Assembly (NCBI GenBank): GCA_034780895.1
Contig: JAUZTB010000063.1
Span: 10,592,420-10,656,419 of the forward strand
Direction of reading: 5' to 3'
Source of the DNA: Rhynchobatus australiae
Lineage: Eukaryota
Length of the DNA stretch: 64,000 nucleotides
Below, piece after piece: positions 37,051 through 49,575 of the stretch. Each line of letters begins with the position of its first letter. Position 1 is the first letter of the stretch. The translations under genes were made by a program, and so were the position numbers. The notes under the pieces are model-generated. The model made no database searches, was not told the origin of the DNA, and worked only from the letters and a program-made list of their open reading frames with translations.

Positions 37051-38479
37051 CAACACGTCCACTTAATACTTGTTCGCAACATTGAATTAAGTAGCTCTGC
37101 CTCAAATTTATAGCAATGCAACCTCAGGAACATGGGTGATTTTGTTTGTACCAAGTGAGAAAAGGTACTATTCCCCCCTGGAACAAGGTATGAAGTTGGT
37201 TCTCAAAAGGGAAAAACTTCCACACGGTTCTCGATCTCCACAAATTAACTTAAATGCACAGAAAATGGTATTGGAGAACTCAGATTGACATGCTATTGTT
37301 TAAATGCAGGACAAACACTGGGAAAACAACTCCTTGTAGCATTAGTCACACCGACTGTAATAAAGTCCCTGAGCTTCATAGGGCTCCATTTTCAGAGAGC
37401 TAGACAGAAGTTGGGAAAATGGCTTCCAAATGTATTAATCACACTGAAAAACACCATGTCGAAGCTGCTTGCGAGTTAGCTAATGACGTATCGGGGGTTA
37501 GGTCAGATTGGAGCTCGTACAAGAATAAATCTGTACTGATGATCCAGAACATCCAGAAGTGAGTGGTCAGGATGAACAAGGCTTCACATCACTTCAAGCT
37601 TTATGGAACCATGTATGGGTTAGAAAGGAATACCTCTATTGATTCATTTTTAAAATTAACTAGGCATTTGAAAGGTTCCTGCAGGAGAGGCAGGAGGAAG
37701 GAGAGAAAACAAAAGGAAACTGAAAAGAGGGGAGAAGGAAGCACAGGAAGAGGAAGCAAATGGGGAAGTGGTGCAGAGGAAGAATGAACACAGCAACGTC
37801 TGCACAGTGTGCAGAACTGGCTCAACACCACACACCCAGAGTACTCCAGAGCAGTCTTCCAATCCAGCAGCTCCCGAGATCTTGAGCCAATGTACTGAGT
37901 TCAGTGGATACTGTAAGCAAACAACAAATCCTCACCACAACTTCCACAGGTGCTTCTTTCTACTATTTTCTGTACTCAATGGAGGTGCAACGACTCCCTC
38001 CCACTTCATTTGGATAATTTCCCTAGTTATTTTCCAAATACAGATATTCCTATTATTATGATGCCTTTCAGAGCTCAGGGGCTTTGAAAATCTTCTCGCA
38101 AAGTCTATTCTCCCTCACAAAAGATTACACCTGATTAGGCAGAGAACTACTTTATCAAATGACAAGTGGATGAACCAATGCGCACAGTTCAAGGATGTGA
38201 AGACAGGAAGCCATTTTGGGCACATCTATCCCAATATCTAATAGGGTAACTGTAGCCAGAACACCAAATTAAATTGTGCTTCTTAGATTTGAAAGTTGAA
38301 CATAGCTTGCAAGCAGTCCACATCAAGCCCTTACTTCTGGTGTTCCCTGAAGCAACAGCAGCCCATCTCCCTTTCTTCTGCACTTCACAACTGTTTTCAC
38401 TCCTTTCACATGTGACAGCACAATTGGCAAGACCAATCCTTCAATGGCAGCACTGACAGACAGTGTGATAAAAATAAAA

Positions 38480-38640
38480 CAAATTGGTTGGAAGAACTCA
38501 GCAGGTTGAGCAGCATCTGTTGGGGAAAAAATGACTTGTCCACGTTGAGTCAAAACCTGATGTTTCGACCCAAAATGTCAATAAATCCTTCACCCCACTC
38601 ACCACCACAGCTGCTGCCTGACCCACTGAGTGCAAGGTCC
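38480..38640. mobile_element. Palindromic Penelope pLTR element
   Basis: gaactcagcaggttgagcagcatctgt versus acagctgctgcctgacccactgagt; centre ctgatgtttcgacccaaaatgtc. Confidence 0.7.
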
Positions 38641-38889
38641 ACATTCTCCTTTTTTCCTTGTGTATTAATGGACCGTCAAGCTCCAATGACTTTAAGCTTA
38701 AATACCTGATGGCCAAAAATGAGATCTATGCCGTAGACTCACCTGAGTAGGAAGGGTGTCAAGAAGTGGAGGTGTCAAGAGCTGGGAGGAGAATGCACAC
38801 CACTTCCTAATATGGCAGGTAGATCACCCCAAATTCAACATAGTGCCATCAAATAAGGCAACAAGATTTTTCTTTGAGGCCCTCAGGTC

Positions 38890-39978
38890 AAAGTCATACA
38901 GCACTGTAACAGGGCCTTCAGCCCATCACATCCATGCTAACCCTTTTGTTGCCCATCTGCACTAATCCTATTTGCCTGCCCTAGGCTTGTATCCTATTTA
39001 AGTGGCTGTCTAAATGCCTCTTAAAATGTACTAATTGTGTCTGATTACACCACCTTGTCTGGCAACAAGTTCCAGATATCATTAAAATAAATTGTCCTTT
39101 AAGATACCCTCTCACTTTAAACCTCATTTTTGATACTTCTATCATAGGGACAAGATTTTGACCATCTCCTCCATCCTGCCTCTCATAATCATACATACTT
39201 CTTTAATGTCACCCCTCAGCCTCCTTCACTAGGAAAGTCAGCCCAGCCTACCTAACCCCTCCCCAAAACCCAAGTCCTCCAATCCAGGTAACATCCTGGT
39301 GAATCTCTTCTGCACCCTCTCCAGTGCAACCACATTCTTCCCATAGTCTAAACACACAGAACTGCACACAATGCTCCAAGTTCTGCCTCACCAGTGTTTG
39401 GTTAAATTGCAACATAATGTCCCAACCTTTATATTCTGCAGCCTGACCTACTAACACAAGCATGCCATATACCTTCTTCACCATCCCATCTACCAGTATT
39501 GCCACTTCCCAGCAACTATGGACTCTGGCCCTTAGATCTGTCAATTCATCAACATTCCTCAGCACCCTATCATTTCCAGTATATGTCCTACCCCTCAATC
39601 TTATCGAAATGCATCACCTCACACTTGAGATAAAATTCTATCTGCAATGCTCTGCTAAACTTTCCATCTGATATCCTACCGTGGGCTTACATAATCTTCC
39701 TCTGTATCCACATCACTGCCAATTTTCATGTCATCCACAGATATACTCACCGTACCTCCTACATACACAACCAAGTTGTAAATATGCATCACAAACAAAA
39801 ACCCCAGTATTGATTCTGGCAATACACCAGTCACAGACTTCCAATTAAACAACCATTCTTCCACCACTATCCTTGGCTTCCTATCACCAAACCAATTTCA
39901 GATCCAAACAGTCTCATCGCCTTGAATCCCATGTACCTGGACCTTCTGGATTAGGCAATCTTGTGGGGCCTTGTCAAT
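38890..39978 (-). mobile_element. CR1 LINE, RT to 3' end, decayed
   Basis: ORFs 39676-39867 (WKSVTGVLPESILG, SVDDMKIG), 39248-39598 (LVRQNLEHCVQF) and 38981-39196 (FKRHLDSHLNR). Confidence 0.92.
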
Positions 39979-39984
39979 TAAGAT

Positions 39985-40500
39985 GCGACACTGAACCACA
40001 AGGAAATATTATTGATAACTGACCAAACGCTTGAGAAGTTTTAAGGAGCATCTTCCAAGAGGAAAGAGTTGGGGAGTCAGATGGGAATTCTAGAGTTTGG
40101 GACTGAGGTAAATGAAGACTATGGGGATGAAAGAAATTGAAAGTGTGCGACTGGAATGGGAGGAGATATATTTAGAGTCAGAGTCACACAGCACAGAAAC
40201 AGGCCCTCAGCCCAACTAGTCCATGCCAACCAAGATGCACATTGAAGTGCATCTCATTTGCCCATGTCTCTATCCTTCAAAACCTTTCCTGTCCATGTAC
40301 TTGCCTAAGTGTCTCTATAATGTTGTTAATATACCTGCCTCACCTACTAAGGGTTGAAGAGTTAGAAAAGATTTAATGGTTAGAGCAGGATGTGAAAAAA
40401 GACATTGTGGGTTTTATTAACGAGGTACCACTCAACCGACGTGCTGGGCCAACCAGTGAACACAGCAGTGATTGGTGGATGACAGTGTGAATAAAAAGTT
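39985..40500 (-). mobile_element. Old L2 3' fragment split by a CR1 3' end (about 40174-40348, minus strand)
   Basis: gttttaaggagcatctt...gggaattctagagtttggg before the insert and agggttgaagag after; insert has cagcacagaaacaggccctcagccc. Confidence 0.6.
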
Positions 40501-42544
40501 AGACAAAAAACAATTATTCTTTAGAAAAAAAGTTACTTCCACTTCTCTCCAGTATTTTTGCGCTGAAATAAGCCACTCTGTTGCTGATGAACTTGGGGTG
40601 ATTGGATAATGAAGTCTAATTGGAGGGAAAGAACTGAAGGGAAGAATAGTCTGAATATATTTAAATTTTTTTTAAAAAGCCAAGTCGTTTCACAACTCAC
40701 TTAGATGTCAAGTGAAAGGCCACCTTCAGCTCATGGTTTCTAAATGAANNNNNNNNNNNNNNNNNNNNNNNNNNNNNNNNNNNNNNNNNNNNNNNNNNNN
40801 NNNNNNNNNNNNNNNNNNNNNNNNNNNNNNNNNNNNNNNTCATATCAACGAATCAACTAAACGGTCGAAAGCCACAAAGCCAATGGAAGGATTTTTTTAA
40901 GTGATTGAAGAGCTTCCATCAATCCAAGGCTCAGACTTAAGACAATGTCAGACCACTTTTAATAAAAGTTAATTTATAAAATAGGGCACCGGGGTTCTCT
41001 CGATGGCTGGCTGATTGAGCAGCCAAGTCTTGGAGAGAAGAGTCTCAAATATGATATCTAGTGTGTGTCCTGAGTTGTCTGGTCTCCGTTACATTGGTAG
41101 AAGTGTTGGAGGTCATTTTAAGTTAGAAACTGATGTGCAAGTTCCTATCTCACTATCCATAAAAAATTTCCTCAGAAAAAGACATTCAGGTATCAGAACT
41201 TAGCAAATCAAATTAATATAGAGAGATTAGCCATTGAAATAGCTATTGATAAGCTTGAGGGGCTGAATGGCCCCCTCCTGTCCCCACGTTCCTTGCTAGA
41301 AGCATCTACACTAACTGTACAAGAATCAGGAGGGCTCAAGCAGCTTCTCCCGTATTCAGTCTAATCTGTTGATGCCCAGCATCAACGAGTGCACACAAGT
41401 AACTTGTGCCGTATACTGTCGTTATACATCTTTAGAATTGTACAGGATTTGTGGAAAAACTGATTTTTGGTGGGCGAGGGGGTGGATGAAGGATGGCAGA
41501 GAAAGGCTTTTGAAACCCTCATCTACCTACGACTCAATCCTACATCGATGTTCATAAAATTCTGAATGCTTATTAATAATTAAAATCGCCTTTGTTTGGT
41601 ACAACTCCTCAACACTGAATTATAGCACTGGGGTAGATTGTGACAGCAACACAATGGGGTAAATTGCCAACCCGTAAGGGTGAGACACAGTGTAATATGC
41701 TGATGAATCAGGCAAGGAATTCAAATGACATGAGGTTTCACCTTTGATTGCACCATCTCCACCCAAGTTGAAATAGATCTCAGAAATGGGCAGTAGTCCC
41801 AAAATGCTCGTGGTTGCTTAGAATCCAAAGAACACGTAGCCCCAGGAGTTCTGTAAGGGATTGAAATTGTTTTTCTGGTGAATAGAAAAAACTAAAAAAT
41901 TCCAAACTACATTCAATAAAGATAGGCAGGTCTCAACAACCACAAAGAATGAACATACAGATACCCTCAAACAGCAGGTATATCTGGAACTTGAAGTATC
42001 TGGGCATTTGCCCAATAAGTTTAGAAAGATACAAGTACTTAGATACCAACTTACAGAATAAAGTGATTATGGTCTAGTGCACTGATGAAATACTGAAGTT
42101 TATCAAAGAGTGAGATAGATTAATGCAGAAGACCAAGTTTAATCAGCAATGAACTCTTTCTCTGTACAAGATATTCTAAAAGTCTCTTCCCTGGAATGAA
42201 TCATGAGTGCAAGCTCTTCAGTTACACTTCCTATCCAATCTCTTCTACAGTGTGACTCAAGTCCCAGATTCCTCAGCAACTTCCTTACCCACCTTTTCGA
42301 AACCCCTTTTCAAGGTGTCTCCCATCCTAGACCTTCCCTCCTCAGCCATATGATGTTGGCAGATATACAATGTTTCATCCATCCCNNNNNNNNNNNNNAT
42401 TCAAAAATCCCTGTTATAGGCTCAGGCTCTCTGCTTCGCACACTAAAAAGGGGAAGAGGAATGAATCCATACTGTGATGCAGCACCAGAATGGAGGAAGA
42501 TCTGAACAGTACTCAGATTTAGGCTGCTAAAATGAAGCAAGCAA

Positions 42545-43200
42545 GATTCACATCACGCACGTACTCAATGCCTTGACAGGCAATGGAATTACTACCATCA
42601 ACTCGATCATTAACATCCTGTAGGTCACTGCAGACTAGAAGCTTAACTGGACCAGCCCCATAAATAAATGAAGCAAATGGAGAGATAAGTGAATCAGATC
42701 CCAATGCTCAAACCTTTCTACCTTCAACAAGAGTCAAGCGATGCTCTCCACTTCACTGGATGAGTGGTGCTCCAACAAGTAGCTGAGTGGTGCTCCAACA
42801 AGTAGCTCAACCCCGAGGAGGACAAGAAGGTGGCTTTACTGGATTCTGGTCTATCACCTTCAACATTCATCCCCTCCATCACCAATGCCATGGCTGTACA
42901 GTGCACCATCTGAGAGCTACGTGGCATCAACTTGCCGAAGTTGCTTGATGGCACGTCCTAACCATGAAACACTGAGCATGCAAATAGACAAAAACAGAAG
43001 GAAAGCGAAGGAACATACCCACCTGCAAGTTCCCAAGTCACGCACCACCTTATATTGAAGATGTCCTTCACTGGCACTAGCTCCCCATTTAACAGCTGCA
43101 GGAGCGCTTCACTACAAACTGTAGCAACTCACCTTAAAGGCCATTATGGATGACTAATAGATTCTACCCTTGCCAGTGATGCTTGCAGCTGTAATAAAAA
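42545..43200 (+). mobile_element. Second CR1/L2-group LINE family, 3' part
   Basis: Colinear with 6550-7250 (ctccacttcactggatgagtggtgctccaacaa; acctgcaagttcccaagtcacgcacc; ccttgccagtgatgc). Confidence 0.75.
42761..42806 (+). repeat. Perfect 23-bp tandem duplication
   Basis: TGAGTGGTGCTCCAACAAGTAGC twice. Confidence 0.95.
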
Positions 43201-45483
43201 GATTCAATAAAAGGTGGAGGAGAAACTAAGTCATACCTTGATGCAACACAGGATCTCATCTGAGAGATTTCTAATTGTGAAATTACTCATGAGATGAAGG
43301 TGTTTCTCCATCCTCTTAACATTTCATACAGAGCTCAGGTTTCTAAACACATTTCACAATTGCTCATTTGCTGCTAATTTATATCTCAGTACCAACTCTA
43401 TTCCAAGACTCACAGAAATGGGTTTTACAAAAAGCAGAACCAATCTCCACTTCTTATAATATCTCCAGTTCCAAAGGAACAGTCTTTGTCCTGCTAAGTC
43501 AATATCTTCCCCTGCACATCAAGAATCAATGCTGTCAATTCCTGTTGCATCAGCACAAGGCAAACTGTTGAACAAATCAGGAAGCTGCCTACTTACTCCA
43601 CAAGTGCACAGAACTTGAAACATTGCACTTCAGGAGCATTATAATGTAGAAGACACATTTAATTGCTGTGGGCAAAGAACCTGCAAAACTTAAATGCATT
43701 GATGCTTTTATCCATTACACTGTGAACCATGGTCTCTCTTACACAGAAAGGGCAAGCACAGGTCAATCAGCCAAGTCTGCTCCATCTGGAGTCCAATCCA
43801 ACAGTTTCCTCTCCACACGATGTTCCCCCACTTGATTCCATGACCTTTCTTTAACTTACCCAGACAGGCAATGGGGGGAGGGGGGGGGGGGTAACCAAGA
43901 TAATTCAATCCTTTGCCTAACCCAATTATAAACTGGTTTCTTTATAGTAGAATGAAAATCTCATGTCCTCAGGGAGGACATGTTTACTTATCTCATCTTG
44001 AATACTGACTGATGTGTGCGCAGTGGTTTGTTTGCTCCCCAGTCCATTGATCTTTGCCCCATGACACCCGACAATAACAGCCATCTCTGCTACATTTAAG
44101 CACTAATTAGAATAATTCATTAATTAGAAAAGATTTACCCCCATTGGCTTGGAGGAGGCTATCCTCAATTTTGCAATAATTTGTGACCAACAGCTGTGCA
44201 GAGGTGTGAATATTATCAAGTGTTAATGAAATATATAACTAGTGACAGTGGTTGTTCCAGGTCTTAAATTTCACAAACACTACAAACAGCAGAAGTAAAC
44301 AACCTTCAACAAGACATCCTTTCTAGTCAAATGGAATGGTTAACTGCCTACAGAATGAGTGGTGCTGATAGAACAGCTCCTGCTCAGGTTTACCACTGTT
44401 GGCTCTCGAGAGCCCCATTTCGCTTGCCCCAAACAGGGAATGAGTAATGTGTTTGTGCAGTGAAAGGCTTCACTTTGATGGCTAAAACTTGCATTTGGCA
44501 CCATAAAAACTCACATTTCATGAACTTGCAGTAGCAATGTCAGAAGAGACATCTATATTACTGAAAAATATTCTTTGCGACAAAAAAGCAAAACTGAAGC
44601 ATGGGTTTAAAAATTGACATTTTTAAACTGATCTTGCAAACAAGCATCAACTAGACAATGGAACTGTAGTTCTGAAAATCTACGTAATACCTTAAAGGAT
44701 CCTTGGTCCTTTTAATTCATTTAGTTGACTCCTTATACAGAAAACTGTGACAATCTACAATTGACTTTGAAAACTTGCACAAGTGTAGAGTACTTTGAGC
44801 AATGTTGCTGGATGTATCTACTTGTATAAACGTCTTCCAGTGTTTCCAAGACCTTATCTTGCTACTAACCCCATCCAAACTGATAGGAAATCGATGAAAT
44901 TCAAAATAAGGGGTTGTGTCGCATACGTAGACTGATTGGATCAATGAGGATTTTTGGGAATTCGAGTTATCCACCACCTCAAAAATATTTCCAGTGAAAA
45001 ATCAGGAAAAGTACAGCTTTAATTATTCAAACAAATTCAAAGCACAGAGAACAAACCATAATGGCTTAACCTAGAGGAATTGACTGCAATGAGGGAAGCA
45101 TTTTCAAACAGGCTGACTTACTGCACAAATCTAAGATCACAGATAAAATTCATACCACACTTCCAATTTCAGTTTCACTCAGCTACAAGCACATTGGTCA
45201 TCTCATTACAGTACTCTGGAGAGAACTTTGGGGATTTGTATTTCACAGTCACTATAAACTCAGCTCCACTTTCTAAATGTGGTCACCAGGCTTTTTGAAA
45301 TCTTAAATGACTGGCCTTCCTGAACCAAAGTCATAGAGAGGTCATTGCTTATAACATTTTTTTCTTTTAACTCAACATATACAACATGATGCATTTAAAA
45401 AACCCTTTCAACATTTGAGTAATGGACACTAAAGAATTTTAGATGAGTGAAAACACATCAAAAATTTAGATTTTAGTCATGCA

Positions 45484-45590
45484 GACGAGAGACTGTAGAT
45501 GCAACAATCTGCTGGAGGAACTCAGCGGATCGAGCAGCATCTGTAGGAAGGGAATCGGTGTTTCAGGCCAAAACCCTGCATCAGAACTAT
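45484..45590 (-). mobile_element. Penelope pLTR remnant with hammerhead-like core
   Basis: Minus strand ctgatgc-agggttttggcct-gaaac; ctgctggaggaactcagcggatcgagcagcatctgt. Confidence 0.75.
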
Positions 45591-46129
45591 ACACAGCATG
45601 TTAAGTGGATGCTATGCATAACACTGAACACCAAATCCAAAAATCAGGACAGTTGCATTTAGAAATCGTTACTGCGATTTTTGGGTTTTAATGGGTGTTA
45701 CAACCCAACCTGCACGATTAACAAAATGGGAGCTGCTTTCTAAAGAGAAGGGTGGGGGAGGTGACTGTCATGTCATTTGCACACTTCTCAGATCTTCCTG
45801 TGGTAGTCCTGCAGATGTGGGAGAGCTCAATAGGGAACGAATACAACAGTAAGAGCAATGGGCTGAGCTTGGAGAGAAACAAGTTAGAAGACAGGGAAGC
45901 TTGTATTGTCCTCTCAGAGAAAAGCTAGTCCCAATTATCGAGATCTGATCCTCCCATGGCCATAGGTGACTACAAACCCCTACCAGCGAGATCCAATAGC
46001 CCACAGGTTGGTAGGGTCCATGACCGATGCTGATTTCACAGATGCCCAGAGCAGTCATTTTAAATCGAGACATCATTATTTTTGCCATGATGTATGAACA
46101 AAAGGGCAACTAGGGAGAGAATAGGAGCC

Positions 46130-47220
46130 AGAAGAATCAATGTGGTTGTTTGTGTGTGGAGCTATGGGAGATAGGCAATGTCTTAAATAAATACTTCTCA
46201 CTTGTGTTTACTGTGGAGTATATCATGGAAGCTAAGGAATTCAAGAAAGAATAGTGAAATCCTGAAACATAACCACATTATAAAATAGATGGTGAATCAG
46301 AATCTGATTCACCTCAGAATCAGATCACTGACATATGATGTGAAATTTGTTTTGCAGTAGCGGTGGAGTACAAAGACAAAATCTATTAATTACAGAAATA
46401 GTGCAAAGGAATAACGATGTGGTGTTCAAGGATCATTCAGAAATCGAGTGGAAAAAGCTGTCCCTGAATTGTTGAGTGCGTCTCTTCAGGCTCTTGTACC
46501 TCCTCCCTGATGGCAGTTATGAGAAGGCATATTCCAGATGGCGAGGGTCCTTAGTGATAGATGCCACCTTCTTGAGGCACTGCCTCTTGAAGAGGTCTTC
46601 AATGGCAAAGAGGATGGTGTCATTGATGGAGCTGACTGAGTTCATAACCCTCTGCAGGCTCTTGCGATCTTGTGCATTGGAGGCTCCGTACCAGGCTGCT
46701 ACTGGCACTCTTAAAAAGTTCATGAAGTTAGATAAATCCCTGGAGCCTGACCAAGTGTATCCAAGGACATAGTGTAAAGCCAAAGAAGAAATTGTTCGGG
46801 CTCTGGCAGAGATATTCTTTTCATTATCAGGGCTATTTAAGATTACAACAGGATCTAGATCAACTGGGAAAGTGGGCCAGGGAACGACAGACAGAATTTA
46901 GCTCGACAAGTGCCAAGTGTTGCACTTTAGTAAGTTAAACCAGGGCAGGACATACACAGTGAATAGCAGGGCTGTAAAACAAGTCCTGGAAGTACAAGTG
47001 CCTACTTCCCTTGAAAGTGGCGACAAAAGGTAGACAGGGTGGTGATGACAGCATTGGCATACTTGCCTTCATTGGTCAGGACATTGAGTACAAGGGTCGG
47101 GAGGTCAAGTTACAGCTGTACGAGATAAGGACACCACACAAAGTATTGTATGCAGTATTGGTTGCCTCGATACTAAGATATCATCAAGTTGGAAAGGGTG
47201 CAGCAAAGATTTACAAGGGT
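46130..47220 (+). mobile_element. CR1 LINE split by Rex1 and missing its RT core
   Basis: aataaatacttctcacttgtgtttact (NKYFSLVFT); MKLDKSLEPDQVYPRT; LQQDLDQLGKWA; LAFIGQDIEYKGREVKLQLY. Confidence 0.85.
46295..46701 (-). mobile_element. Rex1/Babar LINE 3' end inserted in CR1
   Basis: ORF 46517-46783 AWYGASNAQDRKSLQRV...CLKKVASITKDPRH; (gaatca)n tail. Confidence 0.9.
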
Positions 47221-47439
47221 CCAAAAACTTAAAGCAATGGCAAGCAATAGACACTGTCCCGTCATAGGATGCTTCAATAAATTTCTTGCCAACCTCTGCA
47301 TGACCTCAAACAATGTTCTTTGGCTAGTGAAGCTCAGTGATCAAATTTTTTTTGCTGTTCATTACACTAAACCAGCTTCAAGTTGGTCAAATACAGCTTT
47401 GGGTAAACTATAACTACACCCCACAATCAATGGATCATC

Positions 47440-48080
47440 CTCCAATTTCCAACACCATCAATGTGATGTCACCACCAGACAAGTCCTCCTCTTGCCTCAC
47501 CCTTCAGAAGGGGCTGGTTCCCTCCGCAGCACACTCTTCCACCCTCACCAACAGCAATTCCCCATGCAACTGCAGGAGATACATCTGCGCTTTGACCTTC
47601 CCAATATCCAAGGGCCCACAACTCCCTCCAGATGAAATATCAACTCATCTGTACTTCTTCCAATCTATTACATTGCATTCAGTACTCACCGTATCGTCCC
47701 CTCCACACGTGCGAAACTGAACAGGTCAAATGACCATTCTACAGAACACCTCTCCAGTCCGCACTTCCAGTTCCTTGTCACTTAAATTCACTATCCCAAC
47801 TCTGGTCTGACCTCATGGTCTTTGGCCTTCTAAACTCTTCCAATAAATTTTTGTAGGTGTGTGGAATACATCCCATCTTCTGCCTGGGCATGTTACAATC
47901 TTAAGTCAAATATTGAACACAATGTCAGATTACTAGTCTTACTAATTTCATCAGAATTGGCCAATTCTNNNNTTACTATTCTTACTAATTTCATCAGAAT
48001 TGGCCAATTCTGATGCAAAGATCAAAGTGTAACATCAGGTCCATCTCCCCCCCCCCCCACCCACAAATGCTGCCCAAGGT
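47440..48080 (+). mobile_element. Penelope-like element, decayed GIY-YIG endonuclease region plus pLTR remnant
   Basis: Frameshifted pieces FPCNCRR, IQGP, CTSSNLLHCI, EHL, HPIFCLGMLQ in the order of the PLE endonuclease domain. Confidence 0.75.
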
Positions 48081-48189
48081 ACGACCCTGGCTTATATGCT
48101 CTGGTTTCTCAAGAGGGTTTCAATCCTCAAGCTTTTCACCTGGATAACACTATTAAATATCCCGCCAAAAACAACATTACAAACCTAGC

Positions 48190-48440
48190 ATTGGACCTCC
48201 GTAGCACTAAAAAAAGTGACACACTGCCAGAAGTCCCATCTTTCAGATGCATCGTCAAACCAAGACCACGTCAATTTTCTCCAGTGGCCATCATGAGTCT
48301 GTGGTACTCTGGAGGAAAGAGTGCTCATTGTGTCTTGGGCAACATTACACCCACAGCAAGCACCCATAGGTAGTGATATGTGATCAAACCTTTGCTGTTG
48401 GTGAGATTTAGCTTTGTAGAAATTCATTGCCACATTTATC
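48190..48440 (+). mobile_element. Deu-domain SINE, decayed
   Basis: cactgccagaagtcccatctttcagatgcatcgtcaaaccaagaccacgtc and ttgctgttggtgagatttagct resemble the Deu domain. Confidence 0.6.
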
Positions 48441-48469
48441 TTACTTTAGATTTCAAAATACCTCCGATT

Positions 48470-48610
48470 TTTTAAAGAGATGTACAAGAGGCTCTTACAT
48501 AGCCACCTGAATGTGCAAAGAATGGAAGAATATGGACCACGTATAGACAGAAGGGATTAGTTTAATTAGTTCAGCACATGGGCCAAAGGGCCTGTTCCTA
48601 TGCTGTATCA
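48470..48610 (+). mobile_element. CR1 3' end
   Basis: gggccaaagggcctgttcctatgctgta tail. Confidence 0.8.
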
Positions 48611-49481
48611 AACTCTTGTTCAACATCTTGACGGTTTGGAAACAATAAATTTTAAACATACAACGTTTCCAAGGGCTAAACCAATATTATCTGCCCATTA
48701 TGTCAAATCAGACTAATAGGCAAAGGACATCATTTCTTTATTTTTCCCAAACTACATTTTCCTTTCATTAAAACTACTATCTTCTTAAAGAAAATTATTT
48801 CTTGCCAAGTGAGCAGATTTTCAAATGTCTTTATTAAAATGAAACTACTTGCACGTTAACATGCACTGATAATTTTCCCACCTAGTTTTCTCTCACAGTT
48901 GGTAGATATAATTAACTTTGAGTGCAAAATTCACAACCAGCACAATTTTTAAATCCACCGCTGCTTGCAGCATTAGCCTTGGGTTTTGACCCTTCCAATT
49001 TTCACTGCTCCCAACCTCTCCTACATGATCAACACAGAAAACACCACTGTGGCAACCTTCAAATGGTCTGATCGGCTGGAACAGAGCCCAGATAGTTTGA
49101 TAATATTTCCTTGCTACAAAACTGGTGATAGCCCATTGATCACAATGTGTAATCAAGTAATAGAGTTCCAAGTCAAATCAATTGTACTCAAGCTGTGAAT
49201 CTGAAGCCAACACCGTTGCAGTTGGTGTTAAATTCAAGAGATCTTGTCAAGCAGAAACTGTATCATTTACCAAGCCTTCTACATCATGGCCTTGAGTTTT
49301 GTTTAAACCAGTTCTTTGTGTTGAGCACTCCTGCATTTAAGTTTAACACACGCATTTAGTGTGTGCTTTTCAAAGTACTGTCATTTTCCACTTGACAGGA
49401 CATCTCTGGACATTGAACTCAAGCTTGTGACCAGCAACTTAATCAAGGCTGCCATGAATTTGATTCTTGGAATGGAAATAA

Positions 49482-49575
49482 AAACCAACTGCAGATGCTG
49501 GAAATCTGAAATAAAAACAGAAAATGCTGCAAACACTTAACAGATGTGGAAAGAGAAGAGTCAATACTTCAAGGT
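49482..49575 (-). mobile_element. Penelope pLTR remnant
   Basis: actgcagatgctggaaatctgaaataaaaacagaaaatgctg shared with 26140 and 53890. Confidence 0.7.

Noticed and set aside
38743-38806. Minus-strand exon candidate with CAG/GTGAGT donor
   Set aside because: Weak acceptor, sits between repeats, no recognisable peptide.
45780-46120. Possible very old L2 RT fragment on the minus strand
   Set aside because: Too decayed to show a diagnostic motif.
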